64,000 bases of DNA from a virus: the IMG/VR virus record IMGVR_UViG_3300045999_013174; one strand, written 5' to 3'. Numbering within the stretch: position 1 is the first letter of the stretch; the number at the start of each line of letters is the position of its first letter. The notes below the pieces were generated by a model that saw only the letters and a list, made by a program, of their open reading frames with translations, did not search any database and was not told where the DNA came from. The translations under genes were made by a program, and so were the position numbers. Below are positions 1-9,973 of the stretch, in pieces.

Positions 1-834
1 AATGATTATGAGCATTGCGTTAGGTCGTTGGTTCAGTTCCATGGGGGTAAGTGGGTATCTGACATGAGTTATGAGGAATACCGCAAGGCTATGGATTTTG
101 TTGACCGGCATTTTGTCATCATTAAAAACACCTCAACCTATAGCGCGTCCGAGGCATGCGCCTTGGCCGAGTATCTTCATCTTGACCCGAATGTTGGGCC
201 CTTTAACGCTTTTGTGATTGACCCGTATAACAGCCTGGTTGCTGAGACTCGCATAAGCGAGGGGCTTCGCAAGGTGCATTCTACAAAGCACGACCTCGAT
301 TATGAGGTGATGAGTGCTTTCCGGGGCTTTTGCAAGCGCACCGGCATGGCTTTGTATCTTAACTGCCATACCGGAACCGAGAAAGCGCGGAATGTGCAGT
401 CCACCGGAAAGGCTCCCAATATGTACGATGTTGAAGGTGGTGGTAAGTTTGCCAACAGGGCAGATGATTTTATAACCACCCATCGCAATACAAAAGACTC
501 CGAGCGCAGTATGATAACCGAAATGCATGTGGACAAGATTAAAACAACCGAGACCGGCGGTAGGCCGACGTCGGCCGATGGTCCTGTGGAGTTTTTTCTT
601 TGGTTCTCAAAATACCGGTTTGTGATTCTTGACCCTTCAAGCGGATATGCTGTAGACCCTCTTGAGATAGCACTCAAAAGAGGGAATGGTATGTATCCGA
701 AGTCTATGCTTCGTGTTTCATTCTCAGCAGAGACCGAGCCTGAACCCCAGCCTGAAGATAAGATTGGCGCCATGCAAGCCATTCCTCCAGTAAGCTTCTT
801 TGATTCATCATCAGATGATGGCCTTGATTTTTAA
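1..834 (+). CDS. replicative DNA helicase, C-terminal part (DnaB/gp4-like); 5'-truncated by window edge
   Basis: Reading frame is open from nt 1 with no stop before the TTG at 28 used by the ORF track. Motif YDVEGGGKFANRADDFITTHR resembles the DnaB-family H4 region. Acidic C-terminus. Confidence 0.4.
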   Translation, partial: NDYEHCVRSLVQFHGGKWVSDMSYEEYRKAMDFVDRHFVIIKNTSTYSASEACALAEYLHLDPNVGPFNAFVIDPYNSLVAETRISEGLRKVHSTKHDLDYEVMSAFRGFCKRTGMALYLNCHTGTEKARNVQSTGKAPNMYDVEGGGKFANRADDFITTHRNTKDSERSMITEMHVDKIKTTETGGRPTSADGPVEFFLWFSKYRFVILDPSSGYAVDPLEIALKRGNGMYPKSMLRVSFSAETEPEPQPEDKIGAMQAIPPVSFFDSSSDDGLDF

Positions 835-854
835 TAACTTTACACCCAAACAAC

Positions 855-1283
855 ATGACAGAAGAACAAAAAACAGAACAGCTTATTGAGCGGCAGATGC
901 AGCTTGATACAGCATTTGAGCAAATGCTTGAGCGCATTCATGATGTAGTTGGCAAGCAATGGTTTACCGAGTATGAATTGGCCGAATGGCTATCGGTGCC
1001 AAGGCAGGAGGCGAAAGACCTTATCTGCATGTACGAGAAGGCCGGGATAATTTTGCGTCACGACAAGAAACCGAAATATGCCTTGACGATTCATGTCTAC
1101 AACGACTATGATGCGACGCTTTCCCATATTCAATCAAAGGTTCAAGAGCACTATGAGGCAATTGGTTTGGCTCAGTCTGCAGAACGGCTTTTGATTTCTG
1201 CAGCCCAGCATGCTATAGTGAACAAGCATTCTGAACAGTTAAACACAGAAAGCCATGGCGAAGAAGAAGAGTCCAATCAATAA
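855..1283 (+). CDS. hypothetical protein
   Basis: 142-aa ORF, co-directional and tightly packed with neighbours; no recognisable motif. Confidence 0.4.
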   Translation: MTEEQKTEQLIERQMQLDTAFEQMLERIHDVVGKQWFTEYELAEWLSVPRQEAKDLICMYEKAGIILRHDKKPKYALTIHVYNDYDATLSHIQSKVQEHYEAIGLAQSAERLLISAAQHAIVNKHSEQLNTESHGEEEESNQ

Positions 1284-1707
1284 GGCCGGCATTGGTCACA
1301 ATGGCACCCCGTTTTCACGGGAGCGATATGCCGAAATTGAGGCGATGCTTAAAGGAGACCCTGATACAGCTTTTGTGTGGAGCATGTTTGTTGGGGTTTA
1401 TAATCCGGTTGTTATACACGCCTATCGGGAAATGCTTGAGACCCAAAAGTTCTTTGTTGAGCTTTTGGCCTCTGCTCGTGAGAAATTCACCGGTGAGCTC
1501 GATAAAGAGGATTTGAATCTTGCCGAAGAAATGACTGCTTGGATAAAAAGCTTGCAGGGCACAACGACTGCCATTCTTGAAATGCGTCAGTCTTTGTTGT
1601 CCAAAGAACAGGCCGACGAAATTGAAGGTTCAGTAGATGCTAAGTCAAGCAATATATCCATTGCCGATGAATTCGCGGCTAAAGCCAGGAAAGGGGGTTC
1701 AAAATGA
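1255..1707 (+). CDS. hypothetical protein
   Basis: 150-aa ORF overlapping the previous gene end by 29 nt; no motif recognised. Confidence 0.4.
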   Translation: MAKKKSPINKAGIGHNGTPFSRERYAEIEAMLKGDPDTAFVWSMFVGVYNPVVIHAYREMLETQKFFVELLASAREKFTGELDKEDLNLAEEMTAWIKSLQGTTTAILEMRQSLLSKEQADEIEGSVDAKSSNISIADEFAAKARKGGSK

Positions 1708-2102
1708 TAAAGACACCCCTTAGTTACTCTCCGGGTCTTTCGATAACCGGCTTGGAGAATGGAATTGTTATAGAACGAGGTTCTTTGCTGACTATTGCCG
1801 GAGAGGAGCTTGCTGTTGTTGGTGTTTTTGCTGCAGTAGACCTCATCGACGAGCAGTCCACATTTATCGTTCGCCTATCAGACGATAGCTTTCTGTACTA
1901 CGTAGCCAGGCAAGAACACTCCGAGGCTGTAAGGATTCCTAAGACCAAGTTCCTTGCTATGGCCGAGCTTTTCGCAATAGGGTCAGCCCAGCTTAATTTA
2001 CCGACCGGGTTTGTGAATGAAAATCACAACATCTGTTTTGATACAGCTCTTACAGTTCAACCAACACCAATGGACCAATGCCCAACATTAGACGACCTAT
2101 AA
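1704..2102 (+). CDS. hypothetical protein
   Basis: 132-aa ORF with a 4-nt overlap to the upstream gene (ATGA-type coupling). Confidence 0.4.
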   Translation: MIKTPLSYSPGLSITGLENGIVIERGSLLTIAGEELAVVGVFAAVDLIDEQSTFIVRLSDDSFLYYVARQEHSEAVRIPKTKFLAMAELFAIGSAQLNLPTGFVNENHNICFDTALTVQPTPMDQCPTLDDL

Positions 2103-2392
2103 GCATCCCTTGTCTTTTCTCCAATGGCAGCCCGATAAAATCTTCGCAGCATAAACAAGGCAGCGAGCCGGTTTATATCTGCTCTGTTGTCTTTATGCAT
2201 CTTGATTACTTCTTCCCGATGGCGGAGCAAATGTGTGTTGTTTCGTCCGGGGGGGTTGACTTTTTAGCTCAGATTGATATGGATGCTCTCGTTGATATTC
2301 TGTTTTCGGCATTTAATGAAGACAATGGCGGGGATAGCGTTTCTGTTGACTTGTTAGATTTTAGCGTGAGTTCAACTTTGGGAAATATGTAA
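2078..2392 (+). CDS. hypothetical protein (position compatible with small terminase subunit)
   Basis: 104-aa ORF immediately upstream of the large terminase gene; positional inference only. Confidence 0.3.
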   Translation: MPNIRRPISIPCLFSNGSPIKSSQHKQGSEPVYICSVVFMHLDYFFPMAEQMCVVSSGGVDFLAQIDMDALVDILFSAFNEDNGGDSVSVDLLDFSVSSTLGNM

Positions 2393-2402
2393 TCGAAATC
2401 TC

Positions 2403-4319
2403 ATGGAGAATCATTCCTTTTATGTGAACGATAGCAAGCCAAAGGAGCTTTTTTCCTGGGAAGGCATGCCTGACTTTGACAAAATGAGCCGCATTGAGGC
2501 GGCGCGTTGGTATGAGAAGCAGCGTAAGCGATGGGAGGAGGGCTACGGCGGCCTAAATGGTCTTCATTATTTCTATGCGACAATCGGGACCCTGAAAAAC
2601 GCAAGGAATAAGTACATAAAGCCTCGGGTTCGAGACGGGGATATTTTGGTTTTTGAAGCCTATATAGAGGCTCAAAAAAGACAGCGAGACCTCTTCATTG
2701 CAAAGCGAAGGGGTTTCGCTCTTTCTTCAATATTCGGAGCCGGTGTGCCGTTTTATCACGCCTTGCTTGAGGGCGGCTCTGTTAATCTGATGACCTCTGC
2801 CGACCAAAAGCGTCTAAATGCTTTGTATCGTGACAAAATCATGCCGTTTTACAACGGTCTTCCCGACATTATAAAGCCTGGTGTTATCTCCGGCCAGCAG
2901 AAGAACCTTCTTCATCTTGGTAGTAGAGAGGGCAAGACTGTATCGGGGCTCGACTCCCTAATCATGGGTGTTCCGACTGCCGGTTCTTATGATGAAGCGA
3001 CAGCCTTTGAGGCTTATCGTGCCACTTCGATTTTCATAGATGAGGTTTTCCTTCATGACTACGCAAAGCAGGTTCTTGCTTCGGCCCAAGCTTCAATATC
3101 GGATGACCTTGTAAAGATTAATCCTATTGTGATGGGTGGTAGTTGTGGCGTTGCCTCAAGCAAGGCCGCAGTTGAAATGCAAGCTCTTTGGGAGGACTCT
3201 GTTGCCGAGAAGGTTCTTACCGTTTTCATCCCGGGAACAATGTGTGTGGAGTCTGCTCCTGAAATAGGCGCAGACGGGGAGCCAACGGGTCGGATTCTTA
3301 ATTTTTGCGAGAACGGTATTTCTGACCAAAAGAGGGCAGAGGAGTGGATTGACAGAACTCGAGAGATTTACGACAAGGCCACCAATAAGACCAAGCTGTA
3401 TCAGTTCATTAAGGCATACCCAAAAACCATTGGCGAGGTTTTCGAGTTTAACACCGTTGGTGCATTCTCGCAGGATGTTATGGATGCGTTGACTGATATC
3501 TCTACGCGCATAACCAAGCAGAATGACTTTGTTGTGCCGGTTCGTATATCAGAGGCTTATGAGGGTGGCGCTGTTAGGGCTACACCTATCCCTTCTAAGA
3601 ACTATACTGGGGACAAGAGCGGGTTCTTTATCCTGAAAAATCCTGAGCCGAATGTGATTTATGGGCTCGGGAATGACCCTATTCCGTTTACGGACAACTC
3701 TCAAGATGGCAAGCGCTCTGACCTTGTCTCTATTGTCGCAAGAATGGACACGGCCGAGCCGGTCGCTTACTATCGAGAGAGAACCCACGACCCGGATATT
3801 GCTGTTGAGAACACCTTGCTTTTGTCCCGGCTTTATAATGACGCCAAGATTATGATTGAAATGAACCAAGGGGGCGTTTTGTCTCACAAAATTCGAGACC
3901 TTGGATTTAAGCACTTATTGGCTCCTCAGCCGATTTGTTTTGGCGGGGGTGTTTTCAAGAAAAGAGAAGGGTATGGATGGTGGAAAGGAACAAATGCCCA
4001 GGAGGCATACGCCGAGCTGGTCCGGATAATCAAAACCCAGGGTCAGTACCTAAACATGAAAGACCTTGTTGACGAGCTTAAAAAGTTCCTCGTGGTTAAT
4101 ACAGACTTGGCGGATGCTTATGTCTCCTTCTTGGTTTACAGGATGGACTATCTTCATCGAAAAAAGGCCGGCGAGCTTCGGCCGAAAATCGAAAAGGAGA
4201 TACCTCAGGCCGTTTGGAGGAACGGCCGGCTTGTAACGGAGTGGGTTAAGGTGTATGTTGACGCAGAGGGCGTTGAACCTGTTAATAAAAACCCGAGTAG
4301 CATGTATTATGGCCGTTAG
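2403..4319 (+). CDS. terL: terminase large subunit
   Basis: 638 aa with Walker A-like LGSREGKT and Walker B-like IFIDEVF, then a nuclease-sized C-terminal half. Sits upstream of portal. Confidence 0.8.
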   Translation: MENHSFYVNDSKPKELFSWEGMPDFDKMSRIEAARWYEKQRKRWEEGYGGLNGLHYFYATIGTLKNARNKYIKPRVRDGDILVFEAYIEAQKRQRDLFIAKRRGFALSSIFGAGVPFYHALLEGGSVNLMTSADQKRLNALYRDKIMPFYNGLPDIIKPGVISGQQKNLLHLGSREGKTVSGLDSLIMGVPTAGSYDEATAFEAYRATSIFIDEVFLHDYAKQVLASAQASISDDLVKINPIVMGGSCGVASSKAAVEMQALWEDSVAEKVLTVFIPGTMCVESAPEIGADGEPTGRILNFCENGISDQKRAEEWIDRTREIYDKATNKTKLYQFIKAYPKTIGEVFEFNTVGAFSQDVMDALTDISTRITKQNDFVVPVRISEAYEGGAVRATPIPSKNYTGDKSGFFILKNPEPNVIYGLGNDPIPFTDNSQDGKRSDLVSIVARMDTAEPVAYYRERTHDPDIAVENTLLLSRLYNDAKIMIEMNQGGVLSHKIRDLGFKHLLAPQPICFGGGVFKKREGYGWWKGTNAQEAYAELVRIIKTQGQYLNMKDLVDELKKFLVVNTDLADAYVSFLVYRMDYLHRKKAGELRPKIEKEIPQAVWRNGRLVTEWVKVYVDAEGVEPVNKNPSSMYYGR

Positions 4320-4701
4320 TCTTCAGAAAAGCAAGCTCAGAAAGGTGGAGTACATCGCCCTTGACAACTCAACAAAAGTTGGTTGGTTTCATTGCTTTGT
4401 CGTAAGGAAGGGGGATTACGTGGGATACTCCAAAGGCGCGATGGTTGAGGCTGCTAATGGGAAGCTTATAATTGTAAAGGTTGGTGAATTTAGGTTTGTA
4501 GACCCGCCTGTTCGTAAGCATAGAAGGCTTATTTTTGTGAACGATAAAGGAGCCACTGAGGTTGCTTTTTTTCATGTGTGGATAAGGCGTAAGGGTGTCT
4601 ATGTCGGTATAGACACCTTTGCCCTTATTGAGAAAAAGAGCGGCGAGCTTCTTGTCAGGCCTTACAACGAGATAACATTTATTGACACAGAATCATCATG
4701 A
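4309..4701 (+). CDS. hypothetical protein
   Basis: ORF track gives 4255..4701 (TTG start). An in-frame ATG at 4309 (ATGGCCGTTAG) overlaps the terL stop and is the more plausible start. Confidence 0.4.
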   Translation: MAVSLQKSKLRKVEYIALDNSTKVGWFHCFVVRKGDYVGYSKGAMVEAANGKLIIVKVGEFRFVDPPVRKHRRLIFVNDKGATEVAFFHVWIRRKGVYVGIDTFALIEKKSGELLVRPYNEITFIDTESS

Positions 4702-5171
4702 CAGAACAAGCACAGAAAATTTACATTGGATGCGACCCCGGTCTTTCGGGCGGGTTTGTTGTCCTTTCTGAGACCGGAGCCGTTATCGAGGTCTTTAAGA
4801 CCCCTGAGACAATTCAGGCGTTTGCCGAATCGCTCGGGAAATATGGCGACCCTGAAAAATATGTAGTCACCTTGGTAAAAGAACGAGTGCACTCTATGCC
4901 AAAAAACGGGGCTAAGTCCAACTTCACTTTTGGTTATACTATAGGGGTATTGGAGTCTGCTATCTCGTTTTATCGCATTCGTCATTTTGACATTACGCCT
5001 CAGACCTGGATGAAGTATTATATGATGAAGAAAGACCCTTCAGAAACGGACACCGCTTGGAAAAACCGCCTCAAGGCCCGAGCAATGGGCTTGTTCCCTC
5101 AGTCAAAGATTGCGCTTTGGAATTCCGATGCTTTCCTTATCGCGGAGTACGCGAGGCAGGTTTACAGATAA
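4698..5171 (+). CDS. RuvC-like Holliday junction resolvase
   Basis: N-terminal IYIGCDPGLSGGFVV matches the RuvC catalytic-Asp motif (GIDPG...G). Mid-protein acidic residue and C-terminal NSDAFLIAEYA (D..D..) match the RuvC fold pattern. Confidence 0.7.
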   Translation: MTEQAQKIYIGCDPGLSGGFVVLSETGAVIEVFKTPETIQAFAESLGKYGDPEKYVVTLVKERVHSMPKNGAKSNFTFGYTIGVLESAISFYRIRHFDITPQTWMKYYMMKKDPSETDTAWKNRLKARAMGLFPQSKIALWNSDAFLIAEYARQVYR

Positions 5172-5182
5172 TGTCTACTGGT

Positions 5183-5216
5183 TTTGGAGCAGTGTAAATA
5201 AACGCTTATAAATTTG
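5183..5216 (+). promoter_or_regulatory. Bacteroidota-type promoter (-33 TTTG / -7 TAAATTTG) upstream of portal gene
   Basis: TTTG at 5183-5186 and TAAATTTG at 5209-5216, spacer about 22 nt, 17 nt before the ATG. Confidence 0.35.
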
Positions 5217-5232
5217 TTCACCAAAAGCTAAG

Positions 5233-7479
5233 ATGGATTTATTCAAAGAAGGATTGACAACGAGCTCTTATTCCGCCCCTCGGAATGACATTCCGATGGA
5301 CGAGATAGAGAAAGTCTATGGCTCTGTCGAGGCTTGGATTGCAAAGAACATTCGATACATATCGACGTTTTACAACCAGCGTCAGAGTTACAGCAACTCT
5401 TTTTTTGGCCAGGCTCGCCCAACAGATTACAATACGATGCGATACGCTCCAGGAGCGTCGCCGGTTACCCGAATGCAGGAAAATTATCGGTATTACCTTG
5501 GAGAGCAGTTTAACTACAAATACTCATTCTTGGAACAAGCCCCCGACGGCTCCACTGTTCCTTCCCCATTCATCCCTGGCCAAAGAGTCTTCCAGGTTAT
5601 TGAGTTTCTGAAGGGTTCTTATGCCAGTGTGGTAAGAAACGCAAAGATTCGTTGCCAGTCTACCAGTAGAGACGCTCAGACTTACAGAGAAAAGATGATT
5701 GCTCTCGCGCTCCTTAAGTATGACCTTTATGAGAATGTCGCCGAAATGGAGGGTATGGGTGTTAAGATTGAAACCCCGTTCGATGGCCTTGAGGTTAAAG
5801 ACAAGAAAGACCTGTTGAGAAAAGCCCAGGAGACTCCGATAGAGCGCTCCGAAATGCTTGGTAATGAGATTTTGGCTCGGGTTGTTGACAAGTATCAGAT
5901 TTTGTCTAAGGCTATCCGTTCTTGGACAGACACTCGCATAGCTGGCCCTACTGGAATGATTTTTCGTAGGTTTGGAACCAGGGTTGATGTTCAGGTTATT
6001 CCGCCGACCCATCTTATAGTAGACAATCGAGTTGACGACGAGTTTAATCGCGAGGCTCGCTTCAGGGGGTTTATAGAGTTTCTTACTCCTGAGGAAATTA
6101 TGGAGCGTGGTTATTCCGGAGTCGGAAGAAAGGAGCGCGATGCTCTTTTTGCCATGGTTGCCAATGAAGCCACCGGTAGCGCGTCCCTTATGGGAACCAA
6201 CATGAACTTTATGTGGTCAAAGCCGCAGACTCGAGAGATTGCTTGCGTTACCGGATATTTTATCTATTTGAAAGACACTCGCCTTGTTTATCGCAGGGAC
6301 TCTAAGGGTAATATCCGACTGCCGTATTCTTACAAGCGACTAAAGGACTCTGACCCTCGTTCGGGTGAAATAATGAAGCCGGTCATTTATTACGGCACTC
6401 TTATAGCGGACCGCTTTCTTGTCGATTATGGCCAGGCTGACGAGACTCTATATGACCCGCTTGACTCCGATAGGCCTTTATTCCCTATTCACGTATTCCT
6501 TCCCGGTATAACAAATGGGATTATTCGGAGCGCCGTTGACCGCCTCCGTGACCACCAGGATATGCATGATGCAATCTCTCTTCGTATCCGGCAGCGGCTT
6601 GCGCGGGCTCACGGGAAGATTCCGGTAATAGATGGGTCTCAGTTTGATGGCAATAAGACTCCAAAGTCTTTTATGCAGGATATTGTCACCCTCGGGTTCA
6701 CTGTTGCCAACCGGGCAAATGGCGAAGAGTTTGACCCCTCGCTTCAGAGAAGAGGGGCGATGGCGGAGTATTTGGATTTTACCTTTGATGCTGACGTTAG
6801 GCAACTCCTTGAGCTTAAGGTTGAGGAGGAGCGCTTGATGAACGAAATGTTTAACACCTCGCCGGTTGTTATGGGAACAAACAGGACCTATGTTGGCTAT
6901 AACTCTCAGCAGCAAAGTATATCCCAGGCGACATTATCATTGGCAAACGACTATGAGAACCACATGCAGTTTGTTACCAACTTTCTGCAGCATCTTCTTA
7001 ATTATCTAAAGAACTACTTCCTTACAGAGCAAGGGAGGAAGGAGGCAGAGCTGTTTTTGTCTCCTCGGTCGCTAAACATGCTTTCATCAACAGAAGGCTT
7101 GGCTTTTGACAACCTTGCCACATCTGTAAACATGAGAGACAACATGAGCGACATTGAGCGACAGCAGATAATTGGAATTGCTCAGACCGTTCTGCCTACT
7201 GGCAACATTGAAGCACTGTTGGCCCTCGTTAAGATTCAGTCTGCCGCAACGAAGACCGATGTTGTCAACGAGCTTGAGTATTTCGCTGAGCGGAAAATGA
7301 GAGAGGCTGCCCAAGCCCAGCGTGACCAAATGATGATGCAAGCTGCACTTTCTCAGCAAAACCAGCAAGGTAGGCTTGATGAGGTGGCGATGAAAAATCA
7401 GGGTACCGTTGACGCTAAGACTGTTGAGGCGGAGGGCAAGCTTGCTAATACTATGCTCAAGGAGGGGATTTCACAATAG
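5233..7479 (+). CDS. portal protein (putative)
   Basis: 748 aa directly downstream of terL and the resolvase, followed by scaffold and capsid genes. Size and synteny only. Confidence 0.5.
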   Translation: MDLFKEGLTTSSYSAPRNDIPMDEIEKVYGSVEAWIAKNIRYISTFYNQRQSYSNSFFGQARPTDYNTMRYAPGASPVTRMQENYRYYLGEQFNYKYSFLEQAPDGSTVPSPFIPGQRVFQVIEFLKGSYASVVRNAKIRCQSTSRDAQTYREKMIALALLKYDLYENVAEMEGMGVKIETPFDGLEVKDKKDLLRKAQETPIERSEMLGNEILARVVDKYQILSKAIRSWTDTRIAGPTGMIFRRFGTRVDVQVIPPTHLIVDNRVDDEFNREARFRGFIEFLTPEEIMERGYSGVGRKERDALFAMVANEATGSASLMGTNMNFMWSKPQTREIACVTGYFIYLKDTRLVYRRDSKGNIRLPYSYKRLKDSDPRSGEIMKPVIYYGTLIADRFLVDYGQADETLYDPLDSDRPLFPIHVFLPGITNGIIRSAVDRLRDHQDMHDAISLRIRQRLARAHGKIPVIDGSQFDGNKTPKSFMQDIVTLGFTVANRANGEEFDPSLQRRGAMAEYLDFTFDADVRQLLELKVEEERLMNEMFNTSPVVMGTNRTYVGYNSQQQSISQATLSLANDYENHMQFVTNFLQHLLNYLKNYFLTEQGRKEAELFLSPRSLNMLSSTEGLAFDNLATSVNMRDNMSDIERQQIIGIAQTVLPTGNIEALLALVKIQSAATKTDVVNELEYFAERKMREAAQAQRDQMMMQAALSQQNQQGRLDEVAMKNQGTVDAKTVEAEGKLANTMLKEGISQ

Positions 7480-7530
7480 AATTTACACGCAAATGATAAA
7501 AAAGGTATCATTGGCTACATAATAACCAAA

Positions 7531-7538
7531 TAGATTTG
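7531..7538 (+). promoter_or_regulatory. -7 box TAGATTTG immediately upstream of scaffold-gene ATG (leaderless-type)
   Basis: TAnnTTTG ends 5 nt before ATG 7543. Confidence 0.3.
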
Positions 7539-7542
7539 CACC

Positions 7543-8565
7543 ATGACAGAACAAAATCAACCCGGGACGCCTCCTGTAGAACCAGTAGGTACCCCTCAGG
7601 CGAACAACAACCCTTCAGCTCTTCCGGCGCCTCCGGTAGACCCTCCGGTAGACCCGGCACAGGTCTCGACCGATGACGTTGAGCTTGACGGGAAAGTTAT
7701 TCGCCCATCGTTCCTTGAAAACTTAACAAACAAACCAACTGAGCCCGGGTCTCTTCCCGATGACATTCGCCAGGAGCTTGAGCGTCTTCGTGGAATTGAG
7801 GCCAAGTATAACGAGCTCACAAGTGACACATTGTTTTCCGCTGTCTCTGCTTATAAACAGGCTGGCGGAAGCGATATTAATGTGTTCATTGAAAAGGTGT
7901 CGGGCTCTGCGCCTGACCCGGAAAAAATGACTCCTCTTGAAATCTTTGAGTATGACCTCCGAAACAATCTTGCCAAGGAGGCTCAGATGTCCGAAGATGA
8001 AATTGAAGAGGCTATTCAATACTTCGCAGAAAAGCCTAAGTTTGAGCAAGTGCATCAAATTAAGGATGCGAAGAAGCGATTAGCAGAAGCAAGAGCCAAT
8101 CATCTATCAAAAGTCAACACCGAGCTTAGCGGTCAGGCTGCGCAACAGTTGCAGAATTCCGAGGAGCGCGCAAGACAGGAGAGAGAGGCGGCATCTGCGT
8201 TTGAGAACACGTTGGATTCTTTAGTAGGTAAAACATGGCACCGTTTGCCCGTCACCAAGGAAAGGGCTGATGAGGTTAAGCAGCTCGCTCAGTTATACTG
8301 TATACGGAATCCTAAAACAGGTCTGCCTGATGTTGAAGCGACTATTCAATTCGCGTTGCCATTCCTGTATCTCGAAGAAATACTCAAGGCCAATATTCGC
8401 TATGGGCGGGACCGGGGTCTTGAGGAAGGCGCCAACATTGGTAAGGGCTCGAACGGCGTAACGAGGAATGTCGTGACAAGACAAAGTCCTCCGACCGACC
8501 CGGACAACGACCCTTATGAACGATGGAAGGCAGCTAAACAGAAAAAACAAAACAGCCCAGCTTAA
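7543..8565 (+). CDS. scaffolding protein (putative)
   Basis: 340 aa, Pro-rich N-terminus, long charged helical/coiled-coil-like middle. Lies between portal and capsid genes. Confidence 0.4.
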   Translation: MTEQNQPGTPPVEPVGTPQANNNPSALPAPPVDPPVDPAQVSTDDVELDGKVIRPSFLENLTNKPTEPGSLPDDIRQELERLRGIEAKYNELTSDTLFSAVSAYKQAGGSDINVFIEKVSGSAPDPEKMTPLEIFEYDLRNNLAKEAQMSEDEIEEAIQYFAEKPKFEQVHQIKDAKKRLAEARANHLSKVNTELSGQAAQQLQNSEERARQEREAASAFENTLDSLVGKTWHRLPVTKERADEVKQLAQLYCIRNPKTGLPDVEATIQFALPFLYLEEILKANIRYGRDRGLEEGANIGKGSNGVTRNVVTRQSPPTDPDNDPYERWKAAKQKKQNSPA

Positions 8566-8581
8566 CCTCAACTAAAAAACA

Positions 8582-9952
8582 ATGGCAAATAGCATTTCTC
8601 CATTGTCGTTAGAGACCAACCTTATCTCTCGACGACTGACAGACCGAAACGACTTTTCGGCACCGCTTGACCTTACCGGAGGTTATTCCAAATTGATGTC
8701 TCTTATCAACATCATCAACAAGGAGTCCGGCCCAAAGAGCATTAATACTGAGAAATACGAGAAGTCGTTTATTGTAAACGACTACGTAATCGCAATGATT
8801 GCTGCTCCTCCTGCAGTAGTTGGTAACTCTGTTATCGTTACTCTTGCAGACCCGTCTTATAACAATTTCCGCGAATGGGATTTGGTTACAGGGGCAAACA
8901 CTGAAATCCAGGGTATTGTTACCTCAAGTGCTCCTGGTTCTGTTACCCTTGAGCCGGCACCTGGCGGAACAACCGTTGCCCAGCTTGCCGCTGAGTTTGT
9001 TGCTAACACCTACATCAAAGTGTATGGTTCTGCACACCCTCTGCGCAACTCAACCGGACGTAAGCCTTTGTACATCTTCCCTGATGTAGACTTTAACTAC
9101 ACTCAGGTTGTTCGTGAATCTTACTATGCTTCTCGTCGTGACAAGATTTCAACTCGCGTTTCTTATGACGGAGAGCTGTGGTCAGCCGGCCAGCAGAAAG
9201 AAGCTATCGACCGTTTAATGAAGAACATGGAGCACATGGCTCTTATCGGACGTCGTGGTCAGTCTACCGTAAACGGAGAGCTTGTTAATCAGGCTGGAGG
9301 TATCGAGTGGGCTATTAAAGAGCGCCCTATTGGTCAGGGTGTGTATTATGGACAGCCTACACTCCCTTCTCTTGGAACCTTTGAGCGTTTTCTTGCCGAC
9401 GTGGATGACCGTCGTGTTCGTAAAGGGCCAAAGTTCCTCGCTATGGGTAAAGGGGCTCTCTCTCACATCCAAAACACATTTACTTCAGGTTTCGTAGAAG
9501 CTGCTGGTAAGCTTAACACTTTTGGTGGTGAGGATGTTTCCGGATTGAACATCATGCAATATCATGTTGCCGGCATGGAGTATTACTTCATGGAGCTTCC
9601 TTTGTTGAACGACCCAACTTATTTCCCTGAAGCAACCACTGCTCCTGGAGCGATTTACCGTCGTAAGCAGTATTCTATCTATTGCCTCGACCTTGACCCA
9701 ATTCCGGTTCGCGGAGGCTCGGGCACGGCGCCAGCTATCGAAAAGATTTACTGGGGCGACAGCGAGTTCTACGAGTGCTTCGTTGCGGGTATCGACAGCT
9801 CTCCGTCTGCCGGAATTAGTGACGACCGCATTGTTGAGCTTTCGGCTATGCGCACAGCTACAGACGTGGACAACAGTTCTTACCACGTTCTTACCGATTG
9901 CGCGCATGACATGGTGGGTCAGTTCTCCGGAATGTTTGAATTAACTGCTTAA
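8582..9952 (+). CDS. major capsid protein (putative)
   Basis: 456 aa following portal and scaffold. A strong terminator closes the operon after the next gene. Synteny-based call. Confidence 0.5.
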   Translation: MANSISPLSLETNLISRRLTDRNDFSAPLDLTGGYSKLMSLINIINKESGPKSINTEKYEKSFIVNDYVIAMIAAPPAVVGNSVIVTLADPSYNNFREWDLVTGANTEIQGIVTSSAPGSVTLEPAPGGTTVAQLAAEFVANTYIKVYGSAHPLRNSTGRKPLYIFPDVDFNYTQVVRESYYASRRDKISTRVSYDGELWSAGQQKEAIDRLMKNMEHMALIGRRGQSTVNGELVNQAGGIEWAIKERPIGQGVYYGQPTLPSLGTFERFLADVDDRRVRKGPKFLAMGKGALSHIQNTFTSGFVEAAGKLNTFGGEDVSGLNIMQYHVAGMEYYFMELPLLNDPTYFPEATTAPGAIYRRKQYSIYCLDLDPIPVRGGSGTAPAIEKIYWGDSEFYECFVAGIDSSPSAGISDDRIVELSAMRTATDVDNSSYHVLTDCAHDMVGQFSGMFELTA

Positions 9953-9973
9953 TAACCTCAAAAACACCGAAAA

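Noticed and set aside
133-782. Antisense ORFs (133..528, 300..782 minus) inside the helicase fragment. Many similar embedded ORFs lie on the opposite strand of long genes, e.g. 3549..3914, 5524..6012, 6478..6915, 15343..15729, dozens inside 22026-35819.
   Set aside because: They are fully contained in longer, motif-bearing ORFs on the other strand. The genome is densely packed in one direction per block, so they are shadow ORFs with no independent support.
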